DNA of 64,000 bases from Vezdaea acicularis (lineage: Eukaryota): NCBI GenBank assembly GCA_026025075.1, contig JAPEUI010000021.1, positions 1 through 64,000 on the forward strand, written 5' to 3'. Under the pieces are notes generated by a model. That model worked only from the letters and a program-made list of their open reading frames with translations. It was not told the origin of the DNA and did no database searches. Made by a program: the position numbers and the translations under genes. Positions within the stretch are counted from its first letter, which is position 1. Each line of letters begins with the position of its first letter. Of this stretch, positions 1 through 13,884 are shown piece after piece.

Positions 1-123
1 AACCCTAACCCTAACCCTAACCCTAACCCTAACCCTAACCCTAACCCTAACCCTAACCCTAACCCTAACCCTAACCCTAACCCTAACCCTAACCCTAACC
101 CTAACCCTAACCCTAACCCTAAC
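1..123. repeat. Telomeric repeat tract (CCCTAA)n / (TTAGGG)n, ~20.5 perfect copies; left chromosome end
   Basis: Perfect aaccct repeats from base 1 to 123, C-rich on the + strand as expected for a left chromosome end. Confidence 0.98.
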
Positions 124-331
124 GATGTTTCGGCCCGCGAATTGAACGCCAGCGCGGTCACTGGTGCAGTCACAGAAGCTTGGATTACTTGTAGATGAGT
201 TTTCTCAAGCGTTAAAGCTTAATTTTTGATCTTATTGCCAGTTCTATGCGGCAAGTAGCCCCTCCCCTTGCTTGTTGCTTAAGTAAATATTTGTCAAATT
301 ATACGTCTTATAAGCAAGTGTTGTCGTCTCG

Positions 332-410
332 CCCTAACCCCTGACCCTATGCAGCGCATAGGTGTGGCGTTAACTCCGAGAGAAAATACGAGACGAGATC
401 CTAACGCTAA
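332..410. repeat. Degenerate telomere-like repeats in the minimal subtelomere
   Basis: ccctaa-cccctga-ccctat (332-350) and cctaacgctaa (400-410), same orientation as the telomere. Confidence 0.6.
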
Positions 411-569
411 TTTGATGGTCTAATCAAGTAAAGAAGCTTGTGAGCGGCACGGAAAATTTGATCATGGCGTACCGAACTAGGTGTTATTAAGCGGCATGGA
501 TGTAGCAACAGGGGTTGCGACGGATTTGCTCTCGCACGACTATTCTACAGATTGATGTCTAGCTAGATT

Positions 570-1847
570 CTACGATTCTATCTTACTCTCAAGTACATCC
601 CCACTCCATGGTTTGCAACTGCTGATTAGCCTCCCACAGCGTAAACATGTCCATCCGTCCCCTTCCTCGCCTTCCAGTCGTTGGGCAAGACAGGTGAAGC
701 AGTAAATGCAGCCACAGGGGCGTCCTTCGTACGGATTGGTGATATCTGTTTGTGATGATCCAACAACTCCACCGGAAGTGGCAGGTACTTCGTTCTTTGA
801 GGTCAACAAGGGATTCTGGCTTTCGTAACAAATTGCGCAGGTTCTTTCAGGAAGGGAGCTTAGCTCTCCTACTTTTTCCGCATTGTCCTCAGTAAACTCT
901 GAATCTTCATTAATAAGAGTAATTCGGAGCCGCCGCCATGAGCGCGACAGCAACCGTCTCCACCGCCTTATGCCAATCAATGGCAGAATGAACAAAAGAA
1001 ATTCTGTGAAGGAATGCCAAACAAGCTGTCTGTTCAAGTACTCGAACGAGATCTGTCTGCTAGCTTGACTAGTTGGTGAGCTCAGTCGGAGGCGTAAGAT
1101 TCTGTCTAAGAGCGTACGGTATCTTCCATTGACAAGGAAGATAACGAAAGAGCCTAGGGCTGCAACCGAATGAATAGTGGACAGAAGGGAGGATATCTGC
1201 GATAGATTTCGCACATTTGAGGTTGGCTCGTCATAATCGCCTTCTTGTTCGATAAGCCAGCTGTCCCACTTTTCCCAACCATATCTACCAGCAACCGTCA
1301 TAAGGCCATAGAGCGACTTCTGCAATATGGAAGGGGGTTGGGGTGATTTTGACAATGTTCGAGCATCTGTATACTTTAGATTCTGAAGTGTAGCACCATA
1401 AGTGGAATTATGGTCCCATATCGTCAGCTTAAAGAGTACTGCTCGGAGCAGTAGCGAAATCTCGGCTGACCAGTCATCTTGTAGATGTGACTTTTAATTT
1501 TGTCAGACGGGCTTATCTTATAAAGAAGTGGCGATACTTACTCCAAGGTATTTGAGGGCCTCTCCAACCTGACCCGTCAGGAGACTTAACAACTCTTCAT
1601 CAAGCAGCTCAGCGTCAATCTGACCAACTCTAAGTGCCGGACTCGTTCCTGTACGCCCCTTGGCTGTATTCCAGGCTACCGATCCTAGGCGTCCAAACTT
1701 TCGAAGAGGTGGGGGTATTCGGTCGAATACAGTGGACGCGTGTGAGAGCTCCTGTTGTGCCTGATGCGATCGCGCATCGGCTTGACGGTGCTGTCGGCGC
1801 GCAATCAGTCGCTGTTGGGCCAGCTTGAAACTCTCTGATGTCATCAT
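570..1847 (-). CDS. PEX2: Peroxin-2, peroxisomal RING-finger E3 ligase subunit; exons 1847-1542 and 1490-570
   Basis: N-terminal RVGQIDAELLDEEL, Pex2/Pex12-type core (YGATLQNLKY, FLVNGRYRTLLDRIL, SFEYLNRQLVWHSFTEFL), C-terminal RING (CAIC...NPY...CGCIYCFTC...CLRC). Intron 1541-1491 (GTAAGT..CTGAC..AAG) joins the two ORF pieces in frame. Confidence 0.95.
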
Positions 1848-2132
1848 GGGGATAAAACGGCTAGGCGTATCATCGCATGTCCATCTAGAGGATCACTTGA
1901 TGGTGGAATGATTGAAATTAGTCGATCCCGCAAGCTAGGTTAGATACTTTACCGAGATCTTATCTGGTCAGGTCTGTGTATATGACCAGAGTCGTGAACC
2001 TACCAACTAATCTGCTAGGTCAAGTAGCCAACAATTTTTCTGCAAAGAACCCAGTATTTCGACAATGCCTTATCTATATATCCTCAGACCCCGAGAGCTA
2101 CGCAACCCATAGATTATGTGGATGCTGTCAGT
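1848..2132. promoter_or_regulatory. Short divergent promoter region shared by PEX2 and KAP120
   Basis: Start codons face away from each other 285 bp apart; TATATA at ~2075-2080. Confidence 0.5.
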
Positions 2133-5100
2133 ATGAATTTCTCGATCGAGGTTGCTGCTGAGGCGAACCCATTAAAACCTGATACTCTTCACAATATACT
2201 TCGATCTGCATCTTCTTCTGACCCACAGCAAGTCCGGACAAGCGCTCTGCAATTGCAAGGATGGGAAACCGAGAGGGGGTACTATGGTTTGCTACAGGTA
2301 CTGATTTCGACGGTGCTCTTACGTACTTCACTATTTGCTCATTATACCCTGGTCTAGGATGTATATCTTGACAAAACAGCGCCCTTAGATATCAGATATC
2401 TCTCTATAATCCAACTAAAGAACGGCGTTGATAAGTACTGGAGAAAGACGGCAATCAAGTGGGCATTTCACTCAAGACAGCTCACACCACTTATCCTGAT
2501 TTTTTCACAGTGTAGTACATAAAACCGACAAGGCCCGCATAAGATCTCGGCTCCTAGAGAGTGGGGTGAACGAAGCAGATCATCGCTTAGCCCTACAGAA
2601 TGCTTTGGTTATAGCTAAGGTGGTCAGATTTGATTATCCAAACGACTGGTATGCCTCATTCGCTGCAAGGAAAACAGTCTCTTCAATAAAAATTGGGGTT
2701 GACGCTCCGTAGGCCAGAGGTCATCAAAGACGTTGTTGGCCTTCTAAATGCGACGCCTTCAGGCGCTCCCGCGAGTCGGCTACAAAGATCTCGTGCTCTA
2801 TTGATTCTTCTCCATGTAGTGAAAGAGCTCTCTACTGCACGATTGCAACGTTCTAGAGTCACTTTACAGTCAGCTTCACCACTGATAGTCAATACTTTAG
2901 GTCAAATTTACGTCGACACTGTGCGAAGATGGTGTACATTCTTGAGTTCCGGCGGCGATGATGAGGGCGGTGCTCTCGACGATGTTGAACAGAGTCTGCT
3001 TGCATTGAGGGTCTTACGTCGGCTGGTAGTATCTGGCTATGAGTTTCCAAACAGAGATGAAGACCTGCGGGGCTTCTGGTCCCTCACTATGAATCAATTT
3101 GGTGACTTTCTGTCTATGACGACACAAGAACCTAGTCAATTGGACACAGGAGTACAAAACTTGATTGAGAAGCATATCTTGCAATTTTCAAAGCTTCACT
3201 TGGAGACATCCAAGACTCATCCAGCCGCTTTTGTGCTTCTTCCCGGCTCCGTTGACTTGATCAGAGCATACTGGCGCTTGATAGTCAATTTCGGAAGGAG
3301 CTTGGGAACCACGACATTTGAGCCGTTGACCACGGTTTCTCAATTTGCTGATGCGGGAAATCCAGACATTTCACTAATGGAAAAAATTTGTCTTAAGGGT
3401 CTTTTGATACTTCGAGCATCTACCAAGATGGTCTTCAATCCGCAACAGACATTCAAATATAGACGGCCTGAAGATAAATCAGAGCAAAAAGAGGCTGTCG
3501 AACTTGTAAAAACTGCACTCTTAACGGAAAGTTTTGCCCTTGAGATTATGGAAACCATCGTTACGAAATTCTTTGTACTACGAGACATTGATCTCCGGGA
3601 TTGGTCTGAGGATGCGGAGGAGTGGGAGCGTAGAGAGGACGCCGACGGAGATGGCTGGGAGTTTTCAATACGTCCATGCAGTGAAAAACTTTTTATGGAT
3701 TTAATGATCAATTTCAAAGACGTGTTGATCCAGCCGCTGCTACAAGTTTTCCATAATGTCTCTTGTAAGATATCAAATCCTAGTCATGGCCGTATGCTAA
3801 CCCTCTTAAGCTCCAGGCCAGGACAACATTTTGTTGAAAGATTCTGTGTACACTGCACTAGCGCTCTCTGCACCTGTTGTACATCCTTATCTTGATTTTG
3901 ATACATTTCTTAATTCTGTGCTTGTCACAGACGTAAGGAAGGAGCAGCCTGGGTCGAACATTATCCGCCGATGTGTGGCAATACTCATTGGACAATGGGT
4001 ATCCATAAAGATCTCTGTTGACAACCGACCACTAGTGTATCAGATATTTCAGCATCTATTAAATGAGCGCGACTCTTTCAACGATGATGTCGTAAGAATC
4101 ACCGCCGCGAAGCAATTCAAAAACGTCGCCGACGACTGGGAATTTAGAGGTTCCGCTTTCCAGCCCTACGCGTCAGACATTCTACAGGGGATTATAGCTC
4201 TTACCAGGGATGTCTCGTTAACGGAGACTAAGATAGTCCTCCTTAATACTATAAGCGTTATAGTGGAGCGCATGGAACGTCTAGTATACTCTCTTCTCGT
4301 CCGCTTCTTCAAAGACACGGGTCTCACAAATTTATAGGTTTCTCCGTTTGCTGAAGACATACTAGCAATACTACCGAAGCTTTGGGACGACTCTGGCGAA
4401 GAATCTCTTATTAAGCAGGCAATTCTCGCACTTATGACGCGGCTAGTGATATCTCTGAAGGAGCAGTCTCAGGCATATCAGGCCGCAGTAATCTCGTTAG
4501 TCGAGCATGCCATAAATCCTAATTCAGTAAGAAATAGCAGATCTTTATGCATCTTAGCCCCGCTGACATATGAGCATAGCAGTCTCAGGTGTCTCTTCTC
4601 GAAGACTCTCTTGAGCTATGGGCAGCCCTGCTCGTACAAACTCCAGCACCGGTCCCACCTCCTCTCCTTTTGCTTGCTCAATATCTTTTTCCAATCTACG
4701 AGCTCGGCAACGAGAATCTTCGGAAAGCACTGGAGATTACCGAATCTTATATTCTGTTGGCACCTGGGGACATTCTAAGCGATCAGCTCCGGCCTAGATT
4801 GTTCAAAGCTTTTGCTGCGTTAGTAGGAAACATAAGATCTGAAGCCAATGGAATCGTTACTCGCGTGGTAGAAGTTACACTGATCGCAGCAGATAACATA
4901 GGCGGCGAGAACGCATTGGCTGTGGTAGGGAATGATGTCGTAGATAGTGGTTTCATGACTAAGTTGCTAAATGGCCTACGAGGTAGCTGGGAAGCTCGCC
5001 AGACGACTGGACCAAACAAACGGTATCCCTTGATAGATGGCATCATAGAAACGGATTATCTTAGTGTGCTTGCACGACTGGTCCTCACTAGCTCATCAGT

Positions 5101-5701
5101 CTTCTTAGCGGTGGTAGAAGCGGCGAGCAGAAATCTCGGCCAGACAATGGACTGGTTGTTGGATGAATGGTTTAGCTACTTCACGAACATAGCTCATCCT
5201 GCTACAAGAAAACTAAACTGCTTGGCGCTTACAAGACTACTCGAGACAAATCAAGCATGGATTTTAGGCCGTCTCCAAGATCTGATGGCAATTTGGACAG
5301 ATGTCATAGCAGAACTTCGAGAAGATGCTGAAGACAAAGGTGGAGAGTAAGCCGACCTTCTCTTGAAGGCTCATAAACCTATTGACGTCTCATCTTAGTA
5401 ACTTGGTCTGGTGGGCTAAGGATGGGTTGAGTGATGGAACCGAAACTCCTGAAGATGCACGGCGACGAGCAGTAAGCGTGCAAAGCTCTCCTTTTACGGC
5501 AGGTAATAGCAACTAACACAACAGATTCAACAGATGGAATATGCAGATCCGATCCACAAGTTCAATTCTTCGGACTTCATTAAATCTCACTTTCAATCTG
5601 CAATGATCAAGAATGGTGGCCGGGAATTGTTCCAACAGGAATGGCTGTCAAGCATTGACGTGGACGTCATACGGAGTTTTGAAAACCTTGAGATCATTTA
5701 G
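2133..5701 (+). CDS. KAP120: Importin-11 / Kap120-like karyopherin beta; 9 exons (2133-2297, 2358-2458, 2511-2648, 2713-3765, 3811-4283, 4338-4526, ~4580-5346, 5398-5471, ~5534-5701)
   Basis: Importin N-terminal domain with IQLKNGVDKYWRK, HEAT-like helices, DWSEDAEEWE...RPCSEKLF motif; GT..AG introns with branch sites join the ORF fragments; stop TAG 5699-5701. Confidence 0.9.
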
Positions 5702-7005
5702 AGCCTGTCTCGGCATTATGAACGGCATTAGAGCGCACCAGCCTGATTACATTGATTTGCATGGTCTCTGCAAGCAAATCTAGTCTCTCGAAATGAGTAG
5801 AGTTCCTAGTTGTTACTCAAAACTTCAATTCCTAACCCTACAAAGTCAGAACCGTGGAATTGCCTGTTCTTTTCTTGGCAATTACAGGCTTGCCAACATG
5901 ATTGTGGAGAGAAACTAGGGCGCGATCACAGAGGGAGCTGATCGAGGCGAGAAGAGACCGCATGTATTGCAAAACTGCCCGCTCCAATCGCACCATTGTA
6001 GCTATGACCCAATCGTAAGGTAAACAGAACGCAGGATGGACTTCGCAGTGACGGTCCACCAGTACTCTCTCTAGCTCGATTGTATTTACATTTAACTGAT
6101 ACTCGCCAACGGGAACGGGTTATGTCCGACAGGTCCTCAAATTCCATGAACTTGGAATTGGCATTTGACATCCTTATTCCTATTAGGAAAGGAAGGGTAA
6201 ATGTGGAAATCTGGTCATGCTCTCGTTATGCCTCAGCTTCGCTACCTTCAAATCATTTAAGTGCTGAAATCGATCCAAGTATTGCATCGGCGCATGGGCC
6301 CTACCTAACACATACATCAAGCTATCTAGCATCGAATAGTTTCAGGTGTCTCAAGAGGTATGTTGATGAATGCTAGTAGCCATCTCTACTCCAAAGTATG
6401 ACTCTACTAGGAGATAACTTTGAACATCCTTGATATCAGTACGCAAGGCTTATAAATTGTCCAGTCTTGAGAGGAGAATTAAGGAGAACGTAACTGGGTC
6501 AAAAGGCCCCAATTACCTCAACTTAAGTGATCTACATCGGTCGAATCTATTCCATATGAGGACTTTTGTTTTTCATTTTCATGCAACTAGAACAAGCGAA
6601 CACGTGCGCATGCGACAGTTTCGCGATCGAGTCGGAGCAGCAACCGACCCAAGCTCCGAAAAACGGAGACAGTATTGAGAATGGTAGTCTGTTTAGCATA
6701 TCGCTGATTGCTATGTGATAGTTAACTCAACCGCCTTTCGATCATCTCTATACAGCTCCTTGATTGGTCTTATCCATCCTCTTCCTAGTACAATCTCATA
6801 AACCAGAGACTGTTTTAATGACATTGGCTGGTTCTCTGCCGCATTCCACCCCACCTGATATCAGCCATATCGGTTACCGAGTCATTAATGAGGCATGACG
6901 ACGAATTCCTCTCTCATCCCCGCAGCTTTGATTAGGCTGCCCGAAGAAGCTGGCTGAGGCCTTCGGGCCCAGTTTCTCCGCTTGACAACTATTGAATTCT
7001 TTACA

Positions 7006-9501
7006 ATGTCACCTGCAGGCCTGTCGTCAACGCCTGATGGGGGTCTATTGACACCTTCGGCCTATCTTTATTATAGCCAAGTTCACCCGTCATCGTTGTG
7101 TAGCAGTCCTCTTATTCCTACCGAAGAGTCGCCATCGACACGACAGGACGGATTCAGGCGGCAAAATAACATCTTACGACTTCGAAAAGCGGGTTTCAAA
7201 GGCTCAAACATTGCTCTACGGCGGGTAAGCCCAGAATCAAAGGCGCCTCCACCCAGCGGTTCTGTGCAGCGAAACGATGAGACAGCTTGTTGTACCGTAG
7301 GAGACGAAGAGAGAAAGCCATCTACAGGACATTCTCCATCAACTCCTCTTAGAATACTAGCCGACGTTAGCAACTCCGCATCACGACAAGCTCGAAGTTT
7401 GTCGCCGATTGACCCAGAAATATTCACCAGCCTTCGATCTTCAGGTAAACAGGCCTTAAAACTGTCCTCGAAGATGACTCATACGCAAGATATAGGGCCT
7501 TGGGCTCCCTGCTCTAGGCTGACATCACCATCCGAAGATATGAAGCTCCGCGAGATCACACTGAATCCCAAAACTCCGCCTTCAATCTCAAAATCGCCAA
7601 TCGCAAAACACATTAAAGGATGCCACAAACGCAACTTGAATCTGAGAACAGCAAGCTTCGAGTCCTCAAAGTACATAGAGCACCTGGAATCAGAGATCGT
7701 GGCTCTTCAGACTCAACTTCAATCCATGAACGACCCTTCAACTTCCAAGTCACATTTAGCTAAGCTCAGGGCTCTCAATGCTGACTCGCGAGCCCTACGA
7801 CAAGAAGTACTGGATTGGGAACATAAGTTCGAAGAAAGGTTGCGAACCAAGCTGCAGGACCACGGTATCTCGGAATCTAAACATCAGAACCGAAATAGAT
7901 ACCTTGAGAAAGAGATACAGACAGATCAGGTAAAATTGAAAGATTTAGAGGCAGAGGTACAAAGCTTGCGGCAATTGAACAAAACTGCAGAGGGTCTGTC
8001 GTCTGAAAATGAGAACCTTAGAAGGAGGCTGGAGTTGATGTCAGAGCTAAGAACCAAGTCGCCGGTCTCACAGGGTCTAATGCCAGTCCACGCAGAGCTG
8101 ATTCTGCCTTTTTGTTCCAACAACATCGACCAAGACTCAGAAACCACATACGAAACCAGAAATACCCTCATCAGTAGTCTCACTACCTCAGCTCGTGAGC
8201 ATTTACTCGAACCAAGAGATCCGCACAAGGATTTGCGGCAAAGTTGTCGTTCACGGGAGCTCAACTCTCCGCTCTTGCCATATAATTTCTCATCAAGTGC
8301 ATCTTCTTGTACTTCTCAATCAAGACCTAGCTCCATGGTTTCGGAATCTTCTGTCAGCCCAGTATCGTTTGTCTTATCACAGCAGCGAGAACCTACATGT
8401 AGCTCCCATCCGAGTAGTCAGAGAAAAAGAATGAGAAGATTTCCATCAGGTAATTGTGCCTTGAAAGAGCTCATCCTTCCAAATTCCTCACTTCCAACCT
8501 CTTTCCCAACTTCGGCTCCTGCTACCACAATAGAGAGGCCATGGAACGAAGATACTCCCAAAGCGCGAGGGAAGAGAAGTTTGGCACTTGGGCGAGCTTT
8601 TTCTAAGAGATCTCTTGAAGGAGACGAGGGACACCATTCCCTCCCTTGGGATGACACAAGCACTCTGCAGACGCTAGAAGCAAACTCTCCGCCGAATGTG
8701 TCTAGATGGCTACTTGCTTCGGATGAGGATCGCGCGCTAAAAGAAGAGAAAGGCGAAACTTGCATTCCTCGCCGGCTGGCCCACACAAGATGTCAAAGCC
8801 TCTTTACAGAGCTCTCGAATGCCGAAGCTTTGGAATCCACAGCTATTAGTCCCTCAACAGACGGAAAGGCGCGAGAATTGCTTAATCAAAGAAGCAAGTC
8901 ATCACTCGAATTGCTAGATGAATCCTCGAGAATCAACAAACCTCCGACTACTTTACATCATGCGCATGATCGCAATGTTGAGTCTAGAAGTAGCGCGACC
9001 TTGATAGAGATGTGGCTTGATCCGTGCCTGTTAGCAAAGACTATCATTTCCAATGCTTGGGCACGTCGTGTGCAGCACAGGTCTATCATTGGGATTGGAT
9101 GGAAGCTGTTATACCTGATCGTGGGGCCTGTGGCCCGGGGTCGGAGGAAGATGGAACATATAGGCAGATTTGATTTTGAGTGGAACGAGTACTCGATCGA
9201 TGCATCGAGAGAACGGCTTGTCGGTCATAAGAAAGAATCGCGGCCAAGCACGTCTATATCAAATGAAAGATTTTCCGCCACGACTAAGGCTCGAGAATGC
9301 CTTGAAGGGGAAATATTGTCATGCCCAGATTGCTGCCAGCCTTCAACACCAGAGAGATTCTGGATATGGGTAAAATTTTCCGTTGCTATTGCGTTGGCGA
9401 TTGGTGTCGCCGTAAGAAATGGACCGCAAGCGCTTTTTACTGATGCTGCAGTACTGGAGGATAAGGGAATTCAAGACTACGAAAACGAAACGGGAACGTG
9501 A
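7006..9501 (+). CDS. Uncharacterised Ser-rich protein with central coiled coil and C-terminal hydrophobic (membrane) segments
   Basis: Uninterrupted ~830-codon ORF from ATG 7006; heptad-like segment (YIEHLESEIVALQTQL...ENENLRRRLELM); C-terminal FWIWVKFSVAIALAIGVAVRNGP. Confidence 0.8.
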   Translation: MSPAGLSSTPDGGLLTPSAYLYYSQVHPSSLCSSPLIPTEESPSTRQDGFRRQNNILRLRKAGFKGSNIALRRVSPESKAPPPSGSVQRNDETACCTVGDEERKPSTGHSPSTPLRILADVSNSASRQARSLSPIDPEIFTSLRSSGKQALKLSSKMTHTQDIGPWAPCSRLTSPSEDMKLREITLNPKTPPSISKSPIAKHIKGCHKRNLNLRTASFESSKYIEHLESEIVALQTQLQSMNDPSTSKSHLAKLRALNADSRALRQEVLDWEHKFEERLRTKLQDHGISESKHQNRNRYLEKEIQTDQVKLKDLEAEVQSLRQLNKTAEGLSSENENLRRRLELMSELRTKSPVSQGLMPVHAELILPFCSNNIDQDSETTYETRNTLISSLTTSAREHLLEPRDPHKDLRQSCRSRELNSPLLPYNFSSSASSCTSQSRPSSMVSESSVSPVSFVLSQQREPTCSSHPSSQRKRMRRFPSGNCALKELILPNSSLPTSFPTSAPATTIERPWNEDTPKARGKRSLALGRAFSKRSLEGDEGHHSLPWDDTSTLQTLEANSPPNVSRWLLASDEDRALKEEKGETCIPRRLAHTRCQSLFTELSNAEALESTAISPSTDGKARELLNQRSKSSLELLDESSRINKPPTTLHHAHDRNVESRSSATLIEMWLDPCLLAKTIISNAWARRVQHRSIIGIGWKLLYLIVGPVARGRRKMEHIGRFDFEWNEYSIDASRERLVGHKKESRPSTSISNERFSATTKARECLEGEILSCPDCCQPSTPERFWIWVKFSVAIALAIGVAVRNGPQALFTDAAVLEDKGIQDYENETGT

Positions 9502-11256
9502 GCTTAGAGGGGAGTCTTCGGAGTAAGTAGTCGATCAAGCTGTGTACGTCACATATTCATTGGAGAGGATACACCAGTATGGCCGTCCCCGGCGCATTTT
9601 CAGCGGAAGTTCACCGAGACGATGGGCGTTGTATATCGAGTTGAGGGAGTTCTGGTGGCCTAAGCCTTGCAAAGCTTTTACCTCTAGTTGATTTTGGAGC
9701 TTTGTTTTGAGTTCTATCAGGGCCCGACGAATACAAAGGAGTTTCATGCAGACGTCTGCAAGTGCGCAATGGGGCGGCTCCTGTCGAACGCATTGCCGTT
9801 GGGTTAATCGTTCTTGGTTATCCTTTCATTGCGAATACCTTCTTTTTATAGCCGCCAGAGGAGATGCGCCAGCGCCCTGAAGCTCAACCATTCATTGCTT
9901 GTTCGCTTTCAAGAGACCTCTCTATGGCGCCTGATTTCGTATGATTGATTACTATAAAAACAGTCATATGATGAAGACAGATTGGCTGTTCCCTGAGGTC
10001 ACCTTCAAATGGGATTTTACGCATGCTTGATGCTTCATCCCAGAGTACCGTAGCTCCTTAGTCAGGCTTAGTGACTTCAGACTAACAATCGAGGGCGCAA
10101 AGTTTAGTTATGGAGACAAAGTGGGGAAACTTTCTATCGGATTCATGGCGGCCTATCCATAAAGGCACCCGCCAATCCATCTTCATCGTGTCATTTATCT
10201 ACCATACTCATCCCAGTTGAGATTGACCTATTAGGATGCTATCATGACTAATCCCACGGCCGAGGTTCCGCTAGCCACGTTGGTACATGTGCCTGGCCCA
10301 TTAGTTACCATTAAACAGGTTTCGCCATGGTACCCAAAACGTGACTGTGACTTGTGTTGATCTCTCATTCGTCGGCGCACGGCGGACTCCTCGGCTGTAC
10401 TTCCGTACTGCACCTCGTCCCCCATTCCCTCCTCTGCATCTATCACATTCTCTGTGCTATGTTATGTCATTGTCGCATTCATCCCTGCTGGTCCGGACTG
10501 CTGTCTTTGAATTGTCTGCTAGACCGATCGTCTCTCACAACCATGTCCGTCGGCTGATTATACAGCTTGTTCCAGAGTCTACTGCGATCGCTCAGTTTTC
10601 TTTTCTGCGAGCCAGCCGTCACTTCATCACCTCGCGGATGAAAGCTGATTCTCTCATGACTCGTTTCTTCCCGAAGCGGTTTTTATGTTTACTTCGAGAA
10701 CAGCGTATCTGAGTTACAATTTGTATCAGACAAAGCCACCTCCTACCTCCACATTCCACCTTGATGGCTGGGAATGGAAATGGATTCGTTCCTGTGCGCG
10801 GTCAATATGGTCTGAGATACCGCTTAAAGCCTCCCGCTGTGCGCCAGCCTCTCCTCGCCTGTCACTGGCCCTGCATTAATGCCAGCCTTGTTTGGTTGGT
10901 TCCTGGACGCGACCCGCTAGATATGATCGACTTGACCATTACCCCCCGAGGAGAGCATTCCCCTCTCCTCACATCATAGCTTGCTGAAAGTAGGTGCCTC
11001 GATGGACGCGATGACCATCCTTAATCTAGGAAGAGTGGGGCGGGTCTTTGTCACCCATAGTGCGTACATATACCCGCGAACCTCCCCTTCCAGGGAGTTT
11101 TGCGAGAACATTTCATATAAGTGAAAGTGGGCCTTCATATTCCCCGTTTTCTTAAGCAGACCTAGCCCTTATGCCGCAGGGACTTTGGCAACCTCATTGA
11201 CCGTTTCGGCCTACCAATACGCTCTTGATTTCCCCAAGAACTTCTCTCCGTTCAAT

Positions 11257-12776
<1,520 letters not shown>

Positions 12777-13884
12777 AGTGTTTTTATGGACTGCAACTTA
12801 TGAAGTTACGATCTCTTTCACGATAAACTCTCGTTCCATTTGGCTTCATGGAGAGGAATGTATAGCTAGAAGGGCAAAAATGGCTTGCTGTGATGGGGCT
12901 CGCGGGTTCGTTGGGAGAATACTGTCATTAACACTGAAGATATCTGTCATAACAGGGTTGGCAAGGGGTATATTCCATAAAACATGATACCCGCAAAGTC
13001 GAATACAAGCATAGTGATATAGATTAGTCAATCTAAGTAAAATGTGCAAATATTCAGATCAGGATTTGAAACATGCGCATACGGTTTGATAGGACAATGC
13101 CGCCATCATTGAGAATGACGATCTCTAGGCCATGATTGGTGGTATCAATGATTGCGATGCCATTTCTCCGTACAGCAAAGCCTCTCCTTAATGTGATAGG
13201 CAATATTCGGTCTTCTCATATGACTCGAAAATTCCCATTGAAGCGTGCTTTTGGCGACATCGCTTACATCTTGTATTATGGGCGGGTTTACAATAGAGGA
13301 AGCGTTATTGGTCGAACCGACTTCATGATCGATACACGGGATCGAGGTGGCCTGTGTCCTTCGCAGGTAGTGCTCTATGAAAAGCTGCGTAATAATTCCC
13401 TTCGGGCTCTAATTCCAGAGCATCTGGAGAGATCCGCGAGAGATGGTCATGACGTATTGTATTGATTTTTCTGGATAAATACAGGCATACCTCTACGGTA
13501 CGCAGTAAGCAAGCTTCATATGATTTCTCGAGGTTATGTTGGTACAGTCACTGGCCATAAGTAAATGAACACCCTTGCGGAATTGTCATCAATACTTATG
13601 TAAGGTAATACTGGAATTAACACAGCAAAAAGAATTAAAGCTCGGTGTTTGGGGACTAGCCCCTTTGTTCCCCTGATCTAAATCCCGCAGAGCTTTCGTA
13701 GTTTCTGCTGATGGAGAGTGTGTACAGGGCGGATTCGAGTGTTGGAGAAGCGAACGGAAGGCAAGTCAGTCATTGAAAGGAGATTGAGACGCGCAATCCA
13801 AACTTCGCGGGATATAATTCGAACAGAACTTATGGATATGTTAGTTGAGAATATGCCTGCAGTAATGCTATTTGTATAGTATCT

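Noticed and set aside
221..254. Sm-site-like AATTTTTGA followed by a small ttgcc/ggcaa stem-loop (snRNA-like 3' end)
   Set aside because: No U1, U2, U4 or U5 hallmark sequences upstream and almost no room for a promoter; motif short enough to be chance.
5831..5840. CCTAACCCTA as telomerase RNA template or interstitial telomere
   Set aside because: Single 10-nt match lying in the probable KAP120 3' UTR; no supporting structure recognised.
13080..13880. Possible decayed gene on the + strand (fragments weakly reminiscent of a phosphotransferase motif)
   Set aside because: Multiple stops in all frames and no motif strong enough to support without a translated search.
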